Counted from the first letter of the stretch, positions 16,549 through 30,273 are shown. The stretch is 64,000 nucleotides of DNA from an uncultured Chloroflexia bacterium (GCA_963739885.1 CAVUCC010000011.1:1153760-1217759); one strand, 5' to 3'. Numbers and translations: made by a program. Notes: a model not told the origin generated them from the letters alone.

Positions 16549-17160
16549 CTATCCGCTGGCGTGGCTCCCCCAGCGCCATTCGATTGATCCCGTGTAGCAA
16601 TGCCCCAGGTACTCGCACAGGCCCCTGGACATGTCCCAGATCCGGCCGGACACGTACGGTCCCCGGTCGATCACCGGGACGGTGATTTGGCGTCCATTCG
16701 CCGGGTTGCGGAACGTCACCAGCGTCCCGCAGGGCAGGGTGCGGTGGGCCACGCCCAGGATGGTCTTGGTGTACGTCTGGCCGCAGGCCGTGCCACTGCC
16801 GTAGAAGCCAGGACCGTACCAGCTGATGTTGGGGTCGAACCGCCAGTAGTTCTTGAGGACCGTGCCCGCCTTGGGCGACGGCTGCCGCACGGTCGGCCGG
16901 CCGGACACGGTCGCGGCCTGCCCCGGCTGCGCCAATGAAGCGTCGGGCCCGAGCCAGCCGGCCGAGCGCGCCGCGGTGTCAAGTGGGGGAATCGCCGTCG
17001 CCGGCGAACCGGCGGGCAGTGCGATCAGCACGGCATGCAGCGACGCCGCGTCGATCGACCGGGCGGAGCTCGGGGCACGCGAGCCCGCGGGTTCTGGTAG
17101 GGCGACCAGGGCGCTCGCGGCCATGAGTGCCGCGATCGCGACGATGATCCTGGTTCGCAC
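16549..17160 (-). CDS. Secreted RlpA-like double-psi beta-barrel (DPBB) protein
   Basis: Signal peptide (IIVAIAALMAASALVAL), then a C-terminal DPBB signature: SWYGPGFYGSGTACGQTY...TVPVIDRGPY. Confidence 0.7.
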   Translation of the reverse strand: MRTRIIVAIAALMAASALVALPEPAGSRAPSSARSIDAASLHAVLIALPAGSPATAIPPLDTAARSAGWLGPDASLAQPGQAATVSGRPTVRQPSPKAGTVLKNYWRFDPNISWYGPGFYGSGTACGQTYTKTILGVAHRTLPCGTLVTFRNPANGRQITVPVIDRGPYVSGRIWDMSRGLCEYLGHCYTGSIEWRWGSHASG

Positions 17161-17257
17161 GATGCCCCGACAGGCTACCGGAAGTTGTCAACTGACGCGC
17201 GCCACGGTTCCGGGTTTCGCCTCTGCGATCGCATCACGGTCACCGCCGGCGAAACGC

Positions 17258-18238
17258 ATGCGGCTCCATGCCACGTACGCTTCACTGACCATGGCCGCGC
17301 CACCGGACATCTGCCGACCTGATGCCGACCTGACGCTCCTGCTCGAGGTCCCACTGGACCTGCGTCGGACGCTCGGGATCCATCGCCGTGGGCGGGGCGA
17401 TCCGGCGCTCCGGTTCGAGGTCTCGGGGTCGGCCTGGCGGGCGACCCGGACGCCGGCTGGTCCGGTCACTGTGTTCATCGAGACGGGGGCCGGGACCGTT
17501 CGCGCCCGGGCGTGGGGTCCGGGGACCGATTGGGCCGTCGACCACCTGGGCGCCCTGCTGGGGCTCGACGACGCGCCAGAGGCGCTGAAGCCACGGCACC
17601 CCGCGGTGGCGGACGCCGTTCGCCGCCTGCGCGGCCTGCGGCTTGGCCGCACGGAGGCCGTGCTCGAGGCGCTCGTCCCCGCGATCCTCGAGCAGATGGT
17701 GACCGGCGACGAGGCTCGGCGCGCATATCGGGGTCTCATGTGGACCCACGGCGAGCCCGCGCCCGGCCCCACGGGGCTGCGGCTGCCGCCCGCGCCTGAG
17801 GTTCTCGCGTCGCTCCCGTACCACGCCTATCATCCGCTGGGCCTCGAGCGCCGGCGGGCCGACCTGGTCCGTGCCGTCGCGCGCGAGGCCAACCGGCTGG
17901 AGCGCCTCGCTGTGGCAGCCGGCGGCCCGGGCGGGGACCCGTCAGCGGCGTACGCGGCACTTCGTGCGTTCCCCGGCATCGGCCCGTGGACGGCCGCCGA
18001 GGTCGGGATCCGGGCGTTCGGCGACCCCGATGCGGTCAGCGTCGGCGACTACCACCTGCCCAGCATGGTCGCCTGGGCGCTCGCCCGCGAGCCGCGCGGC
18101 ACCGACGACCGCATGCTCGACCTGCTCGAGCCATACCGGGGTCAGCGCGGACGCGTGCTCCGGCTGCTCGAGCTTGCCGGCATGGGCCCGCCACGTCGCG
18201 GCCCCCGGATGAGCGCGAGACGGATCGAACGGATCTGA
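17258..18238 (+). CDS. HhH-GPD DNA glycosylase (AlkA-like 3-methyladenine DNA glycosylase II)
   Basis: Helix-hairpin-helix FPGIGPWTAAEVGIRAF followed by the catalytic Asp region DAVSVGDYHL. Start is uncertain (ATG 17258 or 17291). Confidence 0.7.
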   Translation: MRLHATYASLTMAAPPDICRPDADLTLLLEVPLDLRRTLGIHRRGRGDPALRFEVSGSAWRATRTPAGPVTVFIETGAGTVRARAWGPGTDWAVDHLGALLGLDDAPEALKPRHPAVADAVRRLRGLRLGRTEAVLEALVPAILEQMVTGDEARRAYRGLMWTHGEPAPGPTGLRLPPAPEVLASLPYHAYHPLGLERRRADLVRAVAREANRLERLAVAAGGPGGDPSAAYAALRAFPGIGPWTAAEVGIRAFGDPDAVSVGDYHLPSMVAWALAREPRGTDDRMLDLLEPYRGQRGRVLRLLELAGMGPPRRGPRMSARRIERI

Positions 18239-18244
18239 TCGAGC

Positions 18245-19474
18245 TCAGCCTGCGAGCGCGGGAGAGGGTTCTTCGCGCATCCCCCACGGCATCCCGTACT
18301 CGTTGAGGAGATCGAGGAACGGCACGGCGTCGAATGCCTCGGGCCCCTTCACCCCCGTTCCCGACCAGGTACCGCGAGCGAGCAGCTCGAAGGCGACGAT
18401 CGGGTTGACGGCCGTCTGGAGGACCACGGCCTGCGCGCCGTACTCGCGCATGCACCAGGCGTTGTCGACGACGTGGTACAGGTAGACGGCGCGCGGAGAC
18501 CCGTCCTGGCCGCGGCCTGTGACCCACGTGCCGGCGCACGTCTTGCCGTGCATCCGATCGCCCAGACCGGCCGGGTCAGGCAGGCAGGCGGCGACCACAT
18601 CGCGTGGCGAGACCTCGACCCCTCCCACCTTGACCTTCTGGGTTCCGTCGAGCCCGAGCAGGTGCAGCGTCTTGAGAACCCCGATGAACTCGTCGCCGAG
18701 GCCGTACTTGAAGGTCACCCGCTTCGTCTTGACCCAACGCGGCACGAGCAGCACCTCCTCGTGCTCCACGTTGACGCACTCGACCGGCCCGATCCCCTCG
18801 GGAAAATCGAACGTCTCGGGCTCGCTGAACGGGGGCGTCGTGTACCAGCCGCGACCGGACTCCCAGATCACGGGTGGGTTGAGGCATTCCTCGATCGTGG
18901 TCCAGATCGAGAACGACGGCGCGAACTCGTAGCCGTCGACCGTGAGGTTCGCACCGTCCCGGACCCCCACCTCATCGATCTCGGCGAACAGGTGATCCTG
19001 CGCATAACGGGCGAACACGTCGGACAGGCCGGGCTCCACGCCCATCCCGACGAACGCGAGGTGCCCGGCGGCCTCCCAGTCGGACGCCTTGGCGAACTGC
19101 GCGTCGCCCAGCTTCTCGCCACTCTCCTGGTGCGGCCGATCGGGATGCGGGTGCGACAGCGACATCGCCATGTCCATGTAGTCGACGCCCGCCGCCAGGC
19201 AGGCGTCGAAGATCGGCATGACGAACCGCGGATCGACCGCGTTGAGGACATGCGTGATCCGATGCTCGCCGATCAGGGCGACCATCCCGTCCACGTCGGA
19301 GGCATCGATCCGGGCGCCCGAGAAGCGATCGTCGCCGCCCACCTGGCCGAGCGCGTGCTCGACGCGCGTCGGGTCGTAGTCCGCGACCACGACATGCTCG
19401 AAGAAGCCGCGCCGCGCCGCGATGCCCACGGCGGCGCTGCCGACCCCACCGGCGCCGATCACCAGGATTCGCAT
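18245..19474 (-). CDS. Saccharopine dehydrogenase family NAD(P)-binding oxidoreductase
   Basis: MRILVIGAGGVGSA Rossmann start. 409 aa with the length and layout typical of the saccharopine / carboxynorspermidine dehydrogenase family. Confidence 0.8.
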   Translation of the reverse strand: MRILVIGAGGVGSAAVGIAARRGFFEHVVVADYDPTRVEHALGQVGGDDRFSGARIDASDVDGMVALIGEHRITHVLNAVDPRFVMPIFDACLAAGVDYMDMAMSLSHPHPDRPHQESGEKLGDAQFAKASDWEAAGHLAFVGMGVEPGLSDVFARYAQDHLFAEIDEVGVRDGANLTVDGYEFAPSFSIWTTIEECLNPPVIWESGRGWYTTPPFSEPETFDFPEGIGPVECVNVEHEEVLLVPRWVKTKRVTFKYGLGDEFIGVLKTLHLLGLDGTQKVKVGGVEVSPRDVVAACLPDPAGLGDRMHGKTCAGTWVTGRGQDGSPRAVYLYHVVDNAWCMREYGAQAVVLQTAVNPIVAFELLARGTWSGTGVKGPEAFDAVPFLDLLNEYGMPWGMREEPSPALAG

Positions 19475-19792
19475 CTCTTCACCTCAGCGGGGCAACGGGC
19501 CGACAGCGGGCGGCCTCGACAGGAAGCCGAGAGTGCGCCCCGATACGCACCATGATGACAGTCGGCGTGCCCGGTCTGCGGGGCGCCCGACGGGGCGTCG
19601 CGGAGGATGACACGTCGACGACCATGACCCGAGGAGCATGGGACGCCCTCCGGTCATCAGCGGCAAGGGTCGTCCTCCTGCACGCATCTCCCCGAACGGC
19701 CCCCGCACGACGCGCGACCCTCGGGGCCGCTCGTGGGGCGCGCTGTTTGGGGGTGGGGCTGTTGACCGGCCGACGTAGTCTGGGATCGGCTG

Positions 19793-20626
19793 ATGCACGT
19801 GCAATCCCGCCTTCGCCTCGTCGCTCCCCTCGTGCTCGCCTCGCTGCTCGCGATCGGCACCGCGTCTCCTGCCTCGGCTCGCCCGGTCGCGGTCGGTGCC
19901 GTCATCGCCGAAGCGCCGGCGCGCGTTGCGGACCTTGCGAGGCCGTTCCGGATGAACCTTGCCCAGGCGAGCGACTTCGTGCCTCAGGTCAACTTCGTCC
20001 AGTGCGTTGGCGCAAGCATCCAGATGATGCTCAATATCGAGCGTCCCGGCGCGGACCGAACCTCCCGGACACAGCGCCGGTTGCAGACCCTGGCCCGCGC
20101 GCGGAGCGGACCCGCTCCGGATGGGTTCGTACGCCAGGGCGCGGGCATCCGCGGCTGGGCTGCAGCCCTCGGCATCGAGGGCGGTGGACCGTACCGGATC
20201 GTCGGCGCCGACAGCCTGGCTGAGGCGATGCGGATCGCGGCCGCGGCGATCCGGACCTGGAACCGGCCGGTCGGGCTGCTCGTGTGGCGTGGGCGACACG
20301 CATGGGTCATGAGCGGGTTCGTGGCAACCGAGGATCCGCTGGCGACCACCGACTTCCGCGTGACCCGTGCCTACATCCTGGACCCGCTGTACCCCCACGG
20401 CTCGAGCATCTGGGGTCCGAGCCCGCAGCCCGGGGCGGCGATCCCGGTGGCGACCGTGGGCCGACAGTTCGTGCGGCGACGAACGGACGGCCCGTGGAGC
20501 TCGCTGCCCGGGATGGTGCAGCTGGCCGGGACGTTCGCCCTGGTGGTGCCGTCGGGACCCGATCTGCCGGCACCCCAGGCGGGCAGCGGGGCCCTGCTCG
20601 CGTTCGTGCCTCCGGCAGCCGGGTAG
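19793..20626 (+). CDS. Secreted hypothetical protein, possibly a papain-fold (C39-like) cysteine peptidase
   Basis: Signal peptide (LVAPLVLASLLAIGTASPASA). Candidate Cys/His/Asp triad in VQCVGASIQMML, GRHAWVMSGF and ILDP. The assignment is speculative. Confidence 0.45.
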   Translation: MHVQSRLRLVAPLVLASLLAIGTASPASARPVAVGAVIAEAPARVADLARPFRMNLAQASDFVPQVNFVQCVGASIQMMLNIERPGADRTSRTQRRLQTLARARSGPAPDGFVRQGAGIRGWAAALGIEGGGPYRIVGADSLAEAMRIAAAAIRTWNRPVGLLVWRGRHAWVMSGFVATEDPLATTDFRVTRAYILDPLYPHGSSIWGPSPQPGAAIPVATVGRQFVRRRTDGPWSSLPGMVQLAGTFALVVPSGPDLPAPQAGSGALLAFVPPAAG

Positions 20627-20713
20627 ACCGTCCAGACCGACAGCCGCAGGGCCCGCGGTCCGTCCCGACCCGGAGTGACCGAACAACGAGCGGGCGGTAC
20701 GATCGATCGCACG

Positions 20714-24457
<3,744 letters not shown>

Positions 24458-24470
24458 GCGGGGGACGCCG

Positions 24471-24827
24471 ATGCCCAGGATGCCGTCGTTCGAGAAGTCG
24501 CCGCCGCAGCTCGTGGCGCGGTTCGAGGCGGCCGCCGCCCGTCACCCCCAGGCGCAGCGCCGGAAGATGTTCGGTTACCCGGCCCTGTTCGTCGGTGGCA
24601 ATCTCGCGACCAACCTGTTCGCGGACAGATGGACGGTGCGCCTGTCGGCCGATGATCTCGAGGCGCTGCTGGCGCTCCCGGGTGCCCGCCCCTTCTCGCC
24701 CATGCCCGGGCGCTCCATGAAGGGCTACGGCACGCTGCCGCTGGACGTGATCGCCGACGACACCGCGCTCGACGGCTGGCTGGAGCGGGCGCTCGCGTTC
24801 GCGTCGTCGCTGCCGGCCAAGGCCTGA
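24471..24827 (+). CDS. TfoX N-terminal domain-like protein
   Basis: KMFGYPALFVGGNLATNLFADRWTVRLS resembles the TfoX_N family. Starts 11 nt after the metH stop. Confidence 0.55.
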   Translation: MPRMPSFEKSPPQLVARFEAAAARHPQAQRRKMFGYPALFVGGNLATNLFADRWTVRLSADDLEALLALPGARPFSPMPGRSMKGYGTLPLDVIADDTALDGWLERALAFASSLPAKA

Positions 24828-25025
24828 CGCACGCTCCGCAACGGGTCCGACCCCTACCGAGCGGCCTTCGTGCAACACCGCTGCGCTTCGCTTGCCGAAT
24901 GCCCTATGCTTGTTGGACGCCCCATCGTCGGGCGAGACCCGTTACGGCAGACTCGATCCACCCCCTCCCGGATTCCGCCGAGGCCGATCGCGGACACCGT
25001 CGCAACCACAGGAGTGGATCGATCC

Positions 25026-25376
25026 ATGAACGTCGACAAGACGCTCACGTGCGCCGATTGCGGCCAGACCTTCACCTTCACTGCCAGCGAGCAGGATTTC
25101 TACGCCGAGCGCGGTTTCACCGAGCCTCGCCGTTGCCCGTCGTGCCGGGCTGCCCGCAAGGCAGCGCGCAACAGCGACAGCGGCGGCTACGGCGCCGGTG
25201 GCGGCTACAGCTCGGGTGGCGGCTACAGCTCGGGTGGCGGCTACGGTTCCCGTGGTCCGCGCGAGATGTTCCCGGCCACCTGCTCGTCCTGCGGGCAGGA
25301 GACCGAGGTGCCGTTCCGGCCGACGTCCGGCAAGCCGGTGTACTGCAGCACCTGCTTCGCCCAGCGTCGGGCGTGA
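25026..25376 (+). CDS. Zinc-ribbon (double CxxC pair) protein with Gly/Tyr/Ser-rich linker
   Basis: CADCG...CPSCR and CSSCG...CSTCF pairs flank a GGYGAGGGYSSGGGYSSGGGYGS linker. The linker is encoded by an 18-bp in-frame tandem repeat. Confidence 0.7.
   Translation: MNVDKTLTCADCGQTFTFTASEQDFYAERGFTEPRRCPSCRAARKAARNSDSGGYGAGGGYSSGGGYSSGGGYGSRGPREMFPATCSSCGQETEVPFRPTSGKPVYCSTCFAQRRA
25197..25246 (+). repeat. In-frame 18-bp tandem repeat (ggtggcggctacagctcg x2.8) encoding GGGYSS units
   Basis: Two perfect units at 25197..25214 and 25215..25232, plus a partial third, inside the zinc-ribbon gene. Confidence 0.9.
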
Positions 25377-25610
25377 GCGCGTGACCCAGGACCGACGTTC
25401 CGGGCTACCGCCCCGCCGTCCAGCTCCTGAGCCTGACCGGCGCAAGCACGTGATCGCGGAGTACCGCCATCGCGCGCAGCGGGTGACCTGCGTCTGCGGC
25501 TGGACCGGCAGCTCCGAGATGCTGGACGGCCGCACGTCGGAGTGGAGCCGCCACGTCGCGGCCTCACGCGGGACGCCGGCCTGAGTCTCGATCCCGAACT
25601 CGCGTCAGAC

Positions 25611-25640
25611 GACGCCGGCTGCTGTCAGGTGGCCGGCGTC
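25611..25640. terminator. GC-rich stem-loop between convergent genes (GACGCCGGC-12 nt-GCCGGCGTC)
   Basis: Perfect 9-bp stem with no U-tract. Located in the convergent gap upstream of the S41 peptidase stop. Confidence 0.35.
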
Positions 25641-25644
25641 ATCC

Positions 25645-25662
25645 ATCAGCCTTCGGGCTGAT
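25645..25662. terminator. Stem-loop ATCAGCC-TTCG-GGCTGAT (UUCG tetraloop) abutting the S41 peptidase stop codon
   Basis: Perfect 7-bp stem with a TTCG loop. Overlaps the first base of the stop codon of the minus-strand peptidase gene. Confidence 0.35.
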
Positions 25663-27104
25663 CAGCCGTCAGCCTTGAGAACCTCGAGCGCCTTCAGCAG
25701 CTGGCTGTCCGTCGAGGACGCGAGCTGCGAAGGCGTCATCGAGCGGACGTCGTCCGGGAACAGCGGGGTAGCGTTGGCAGCGAGCGCGACCTTGACGTCG
25801 GGCTCGAGGCCCTCGTGCCAGATCGGGCGCCCCGCACGCGTGAGCCATCGCTCCACGCCGATCCGGAGCGATGACCCGTCGGCCAGGTCGAACCGGCCCA
25901 GCACGGTCCCGGTCCCGAACGTCTTCTCGCCGACCACCGTGCCGCGCCCGGCGTCCTGGATCGCCCCGGTGACGATCTCGGCCGAGCTCGCTGTATTGCC
26001 GTCGGTCAGAACGACCAATGGCCCCTGGGTCCACAGCCCGCCCGGCTCGACCGGGACGTCCTTCTCCGTCCCGCTGGCATCGATGCTGCGGTACACGATC
26101 CCGTCACCGACGAACTGGCTCGCGACGCCCACCGCCTCGTTCACGTAGCCGCCCGGGTTGCCTCGAAGGTCGAGGATCACGGCCGTGGCGCCCGCGGACT
26201 TCGCCCCGTTGATCGCGTCCTCGATGGCCTTGGTGGCCCCGGTCGCGAACTGGTCGAGCCGGATCAGGGCGATCGTCCGGCCGGGAACCATCGTCCAGCT
26301 CACCAACGGCAGGTCGAACTTGCGCCGGACGATCGTGACGTCGAACGGCTTGCCCCCCGATCGCTCGACGGTCAGCGTCACCGACTCACCCTCCGGGCCG
26401 CGGATCCGGGTGACCACCTGGTCGATCGTCTCGCCGCTGGTGCTGGTGCCGTTGACGGCGACGATCTTGTCGCCGCGCTTCAAGCCCGCCTCCTGGGCGG
26501 GGGTGTTCGGGATCACCGAGTTGATCATCGGGCCGTTGGTGATATCGCTGTCGACCTGGACACCGATGCCGACGAACGTCCCCGACAGGGATTCGTCAAC
26601 GGCCTTGGCCTCGGCCGCGGTGAGGAACGAGGTGTGTCCGACGTCGCCCACCGCCTGGGTCATGCCCTGGATCGCAGCGTAGGCCATCGCCTGGTCGTTG
26701 AGATGCGCTGCGTCGACGTAGTGGTCCTGGATCGTGTGCCAGGCCTCGTCGATCAGGGCGAGCTCGGTGCTGGCCGAGGGGGACGACGTGGACGAGGAGG
26801 CGGACGGCTCGCCGGTCGTCGGGAGGGTGGACCGTCCGATCACGAGGCCACCCGTGAACAGGAGCAACCCCAGGACGGGCACCATCACGGCAGTCATCAG
26901 CCGCCACAGCCCGGAGCGCGGGCGCGCCACGGAGGGTGGCGGGGGCGGCAACCGCGCCGGGGCCATTGGTGGCAGAGGAATTGAGGGGGGCTGGGCGGCC
27001 GGGCCGGCGCTGGGCCCGGGAGTCGCGATGCCGTCGGGGCTGTTCGGATCGATCATTGGCCTCAGCAATGCGGGCGCGCCGGGACGGCGGGCGTTTCCCA
27101 GCAT
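25662..27104 (-). CDS. S41-family C-terminal processing peptidase with PDZ domain
   Basis: N-terminal anchor, a PDZ domain (GLKRGDKIVAVNG) and an S41 catalytic core (LDLRGNPGGYV, SASSAEI). Confidence 0.9.
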   Translation of the reverse strand: MLGNARRPGAPALLRPMIDPNSPDGIATPGPSAGPAAQPPSIPLPPMAPARLPPPPPSVARPRSGLWRLMTAVMVPVLGLLLFTGGLVIGRSTLPTTGEPSASSSTSSPSASTELALIDEAWHTIQDHYVDAAHLNDQAMAYAAIQGMTQAVGDVGHTSFLTAAEAKAVDESLSGTFVGIGVQVDSDITNGPMINSVIPNTPAQEAGLKRGDKIVAVNGTSTSGETIDQVVTRIRGPEGESVTLTVERSGGKPFDVTIVRRKFDLPLVSWTMVPGRTIALIRLDQFATGATKAIEDAINGAKSAGATAVILDLRGNPGGYVNEAVGVASQFVGDGIVYRSIDASGTEKDVPVEPGGLWTQGPLVVLTDGNTASSAEIVTGAIQDAGRGTVVGEKTFGTGTVLGRFDLADGSSLRIGVERWLTRAGRPIWHEGLEPDVKVALAANATPLFPDDVRSMTPSQLASSTDSQLLKALEVLKADG

Positions 27105-27159
27105 GACGCGTTTGCCTTCAAAGCGAGTGGCGGAGCGGTGAAGTTGCCTTACCCGGGCC

Positions 27160-27870
27160 TCAGCGTCGCTCGCGCACCAGCCGCCTGGCGGCCCGCGTCG
27201 CGCGGATGAAATGGCGCAGGTGGGCGATCGGCTTCACATGGCTGGGCTCGCCGGCGTAGATCGTCACGATCGGCACCCAGGCGATGGGCCAGCGCCGCAG
27301 CAGGCAGAGGGCGATCATCTCAACCTCGAGCTCGAACCCGGTCTCCCGGCTGTCCACCATCGCGGCCATCAGGCGGCGGCCCAGCAGACGGTAGCCGGAC
27401 TGGTTGTCGGCGACCGGCTGCCCGACGGCCCACGAGAAGGCCGCGGTGCCGATCGCGTTCGAGATGCTGCGAACCGGTGGCATGCGACGGAAGTCACGAC
27501 GGCCGATGACCAGCTCCGGGCGCGGGCCGGAGGGCCCGGGGGCGGCGAACGCGGTGACGAAGCGCGGGATCTCGTCCGGATCGTGCTGGCCGTCGGCATC
27601 GAGCGTGACCACGGCGTCCCAACCCTCGTCGAGCGCGCAGCGGAAGCCCTCGCGCAGGGCCGAGCCCTTGCCCTTGTTCGGCTGCCGGCGGATCACCCGG
27701 GCACCGGCGGCCTCGGCGTTCGCGGCCGTGTCATCGCTGGAGCCGTCATCGACGACCAGCACCGGGAGATGTCGTGCGGCGAGCTCGACGACCCGGCCGA
27801 TTCGCGGACCTTCCTGGTAGCCGGGGATCAGCGCGAGGACGCGCGGTGGGCGACGCCCGGCTTCGTCCAC
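27160..27870 (-). CDS. Family 2 glycosyltransferase (polyprenol-phosphate sugar transferase-like)
   Basis: VVDDGSSDDT and LDADGQHDP motifs. 236 aa. Confidence 0.85.
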   Translation of the reverse strand: MDEAGRRPPRVLALIPGYQEGPRIGRVVELAARHLPVLVVDDGSSDDTAANAEAAGARVIRRQPNKGKGSALREGFRCALDEGWDAVVTLDADGQHDPDEIPRFVTAFAAPGPSGPRPELVIGRRDFRRMPPVRSISNAIGTAAFSWAVGQPVADNQSGYRLLGRRLMAAMVDSRETGFELEVEMIALCLLRRWPIAWVPIVTIYAGEPSHVKPIAHLRHFIRATRAARRLVRERR

Positions 27871-27879
27871 GAGCGAGCG

Positions 27880-28578
27880 TCAGGATCCGAACTGGAGCGA
27901 CTTCACGATCGGCAGCGCCACACCCATGAATGCGGTCAGCTGGCTGCCGTCGAAGTCATCGATGTCCACGATCAGGGTCCCACCGTCGGGAAGGTCCAGC
28001 ACGTACAGCCGCAGCCGCTCGCCGCCGGCGATGACCCACCGCAGCCCGGTTCCCTGGTCGACCAGCAGCGGCACCGTGGGCATGCCGTTGGCGAACGGGC
28101 AGGACCTGGTCCAGCCACTGACGATCCCGATGTCGATCGAGCTGCCGCGAAGGCCGCCCACCGTCACCATGGCGGGGCTGCTCACGGTCAGCCCGTCCAG
28201 ACCACGGATCCAGGCGACCAGCTCGATCGACGACGTCCCGACGCCCGGCTGCGGGTCGGTGGGGCAGGCCAGGTCCTGGGAGGCGGCGCTCACGCCGCGG
28301 AACAGGTGGATCCCGAGCAGGTCCTGGCCGGCCGGCCGGAGCTGGAGGTAGCCGGCCGAGTCGGTGGCCAGGACCCAGCCGTCGGGGACGGTGAAGGTTA
28401 CCGCCGGCTGGAACACCGTGGAGGTGTGCGAGCCGGCAGGCAGCGTCGAATCTGCCGGCGCGCTGGGCGACTCGCTCGTCGCCGAGCTGCAGGCCGCAAC
28501 GATCAAGGTCAGCGCGAGGGTCAGGACTCCATGTCGCAAGCTTGGCTCCTCGGCACCGGGGGTGGACGCGCGAGCCAT
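27880..28578 (-). CDS. Putative lipoprotein of unknown function
   Basis: Start at MARAST. Lipobox LTLIVAACSS. No recognisable domain. Confidence 0.55.
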   Translation of the reverse strand: MARASTPGAEEPSLRHGVLTLALTLIVAACSSATSESPSAPADSTLPAGSHTSTVFQPAVTFTVPDGWVLATDSAGYLQLRPAGQDLLGIHLFRGVSAASQDLACPTDPQPGVGTSSIELVAWIRGLDGLTVSSPAMVTVGGLRGSSIDIGIVSGWTRSCPFANGMPTVPLLVDQGTGLRWVIAGGERLRLYVLDLPDGGTLIVDIDDFDGSQLTAFMGVALPIVKSLQFGS

Positions 28579-28686
28579 TGTGCCCAAGCGGACGCGATCA
28601 CGCGACCGGAGGCCACGGGTGCGCCGCACGCGCGACCGCGCGCCGGTGCACACTCAGGAGTGCTGCCAGCGGAGGAGGAGGTCGCC

Positions 28687-30273
28687 GTGTTCATCCCGAT
28701 GTCGGTGCTGGAGTTCCGCGATCGCGCCGCCGCGTTCTTCGGCGACAGGGTCGGGGTCGTCGACGGCGACGCGGCATTCACGTACCGTCTCTGGGCCGAG
28801 CGCACGCATCGGCTGGCCAACGCGCTCGTGGGCCTCGGGGTTGCGCCCGGCGAGCGGGTGTCCTTCCTCACCTACAACACACACCAGCTGCTCGAGGGCT
28901 ACTACGGCGTCCTCGAGGCGGGTGCCGTTCTCAATCCCATCAACATCCGCCTCGCGCCGCACGAGATCGCCTACATCCTCGACCACGCCGGGTCGCGCAT
29001 CGTCGCGTTCCATCGCGACTTCCTGCCACTCGTCGAGTCCATCGCGCCGCAGCTCTCGTCGCGCCCCCGGTTCGTCGTGATCGAGGGCGAGGCCGGCGGC
29101 ATCGCCAGCGACGAATACGAGTCACTGATCGCGGGCGGGTCGTCCGAGCCCCGGCACCCGCAGATCGACGAGACCGCCATGGCCGAGCTGTTCTACACGA
29201 GCGGTACCACGGGCCTGCCCAAGGGCGTCGCGCTGACCCATCGCCAGCTCTACCTCCACGCCCTCAATGCGGAGATCGCGCTGGGGTTCGGTGAGGACGA
29301 CGTCGTGCTCCACGTCGTGCCGATGTTCCACGTCAACGGCTGGGGCGTGCCCCACTTCCTGACCATGGTCGGCGGGCAGCACGTGATGCTTCGGCGGTTC
29401 GATCCGGTCGCGCTGATCGAGCACGTCGAGCGTTACCGGGTGACTCGCCTGCTGGGGGTCCCGGCGATCTTCAACGCCATGCTCCACAGCAGCGAGCGCA
29501 CGAAGCACGATCTGTCCAGCCTGCGACAGCTGATCATCGGCGGCTCGCCGTCTTCGCCATCGCTCGTGCGCGGCCTGGAGGAGGCGTTCGGGGTCCAGAC
29601 GATCGTCGGATACGGGCTGTCCGAGACCTCACCGATCATGACCCTGGCCATGCCGCGGGGTCGTCGACCGCCGCCGAGCCACCCGAGCGACGGATCGATC
29701 GCCAGGCGATGACCGGCTGGCCGATGCCCGGCAGGACGATCCGGGTGGTCGACCGGCGACGGCAGCGACGTCCGTCCCGACGGCGAGCAGATCGGCGAGA
29801 TCGTGGTTCGCGGCCACAGCGTGATGCAGGGCTACTACCGCGATCCGGACGCGACCGCCGTGACGATGCGTGACGGCTGGCTGCACACGGGCGACATGGC
29901 GACGATCGACGAGGCGGGCTACGTGCTGATCAAGGATCGCTCCAAGGACGTGATCATCCGCGGCGGCGAGAACCTGTCGTCGGTCGAGGTGGAGAACGTG
30001 ATCGCCGGCCATCCGGCCGTGCTCGAGGTGGCGGTGGTCGCGGCGCCGGACGAGCGGTTCGGCGAGGCGCCGGTGGCGCTGGTGGTGCTCAAGCCGGGCG
30101 CCGCCACGACCGTCAGCGAGCTGCGGGCGCACTGCCGAGCCAACCTGGCCCGGTTCAAGGTGCCGCGCGAGTTCCACTTCCGCGATTCGCTGCCCAAGGG
30201 TGGCACGGGCAAGATCCTGAAGGCGGAGCTGCGCGAGCCGTTCTGGAAGGGCTACGAGTCGCGCGTCCACTGA
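28687..30273 (+). pseudogene. AMP-dependent acyl-CoA synthetase/ligase interrupted by two compensating frameshifts
   Basis: Frame 1 is intact to about 29650 (YTSGTTGLPKGV, GYGLSETSP). The correct reading then runs in another frame (ERRIDRQAMTGWPMPGRTIRVVD) and returns to frame 1 near 29760 (GDGSDVRPDGEQIGEIVVRGHSVMQGYY...GKILK). Frame 1 contains a TGA at 29710. Confidence 0.8.

Noticed and set aside
19475-19792. A c-di-AMP (ydaO-type) or other riboswitch in the 318-nt leader of the secreted protein gene, and likewise upstream of the RlpA-like gene (17161..17257)
   Set aside because: Isolated ACGGGG and CCCCGAAC strings occur. The conserved ydaO core (CCGA..CC...CAGCTAACC..CG.AAGCG) could not be found on either strand, and the RlpA leader is too short. 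A covariance-model scan would be needed to settle this.
25381-25584. A small ORF (67 aa, VTQDRR...HVIAEYRHRAQRVTCVCGWTGSSEMLDGRTSEWSRHVAASRGTPA) downstream of the zinc-ribbon gene
   Set aside because: It has a GTG start without a convincing RBS. Half of it is Arg/Pro-rich and no family is recognised. It may be real, but the sequence alone cannot support it.
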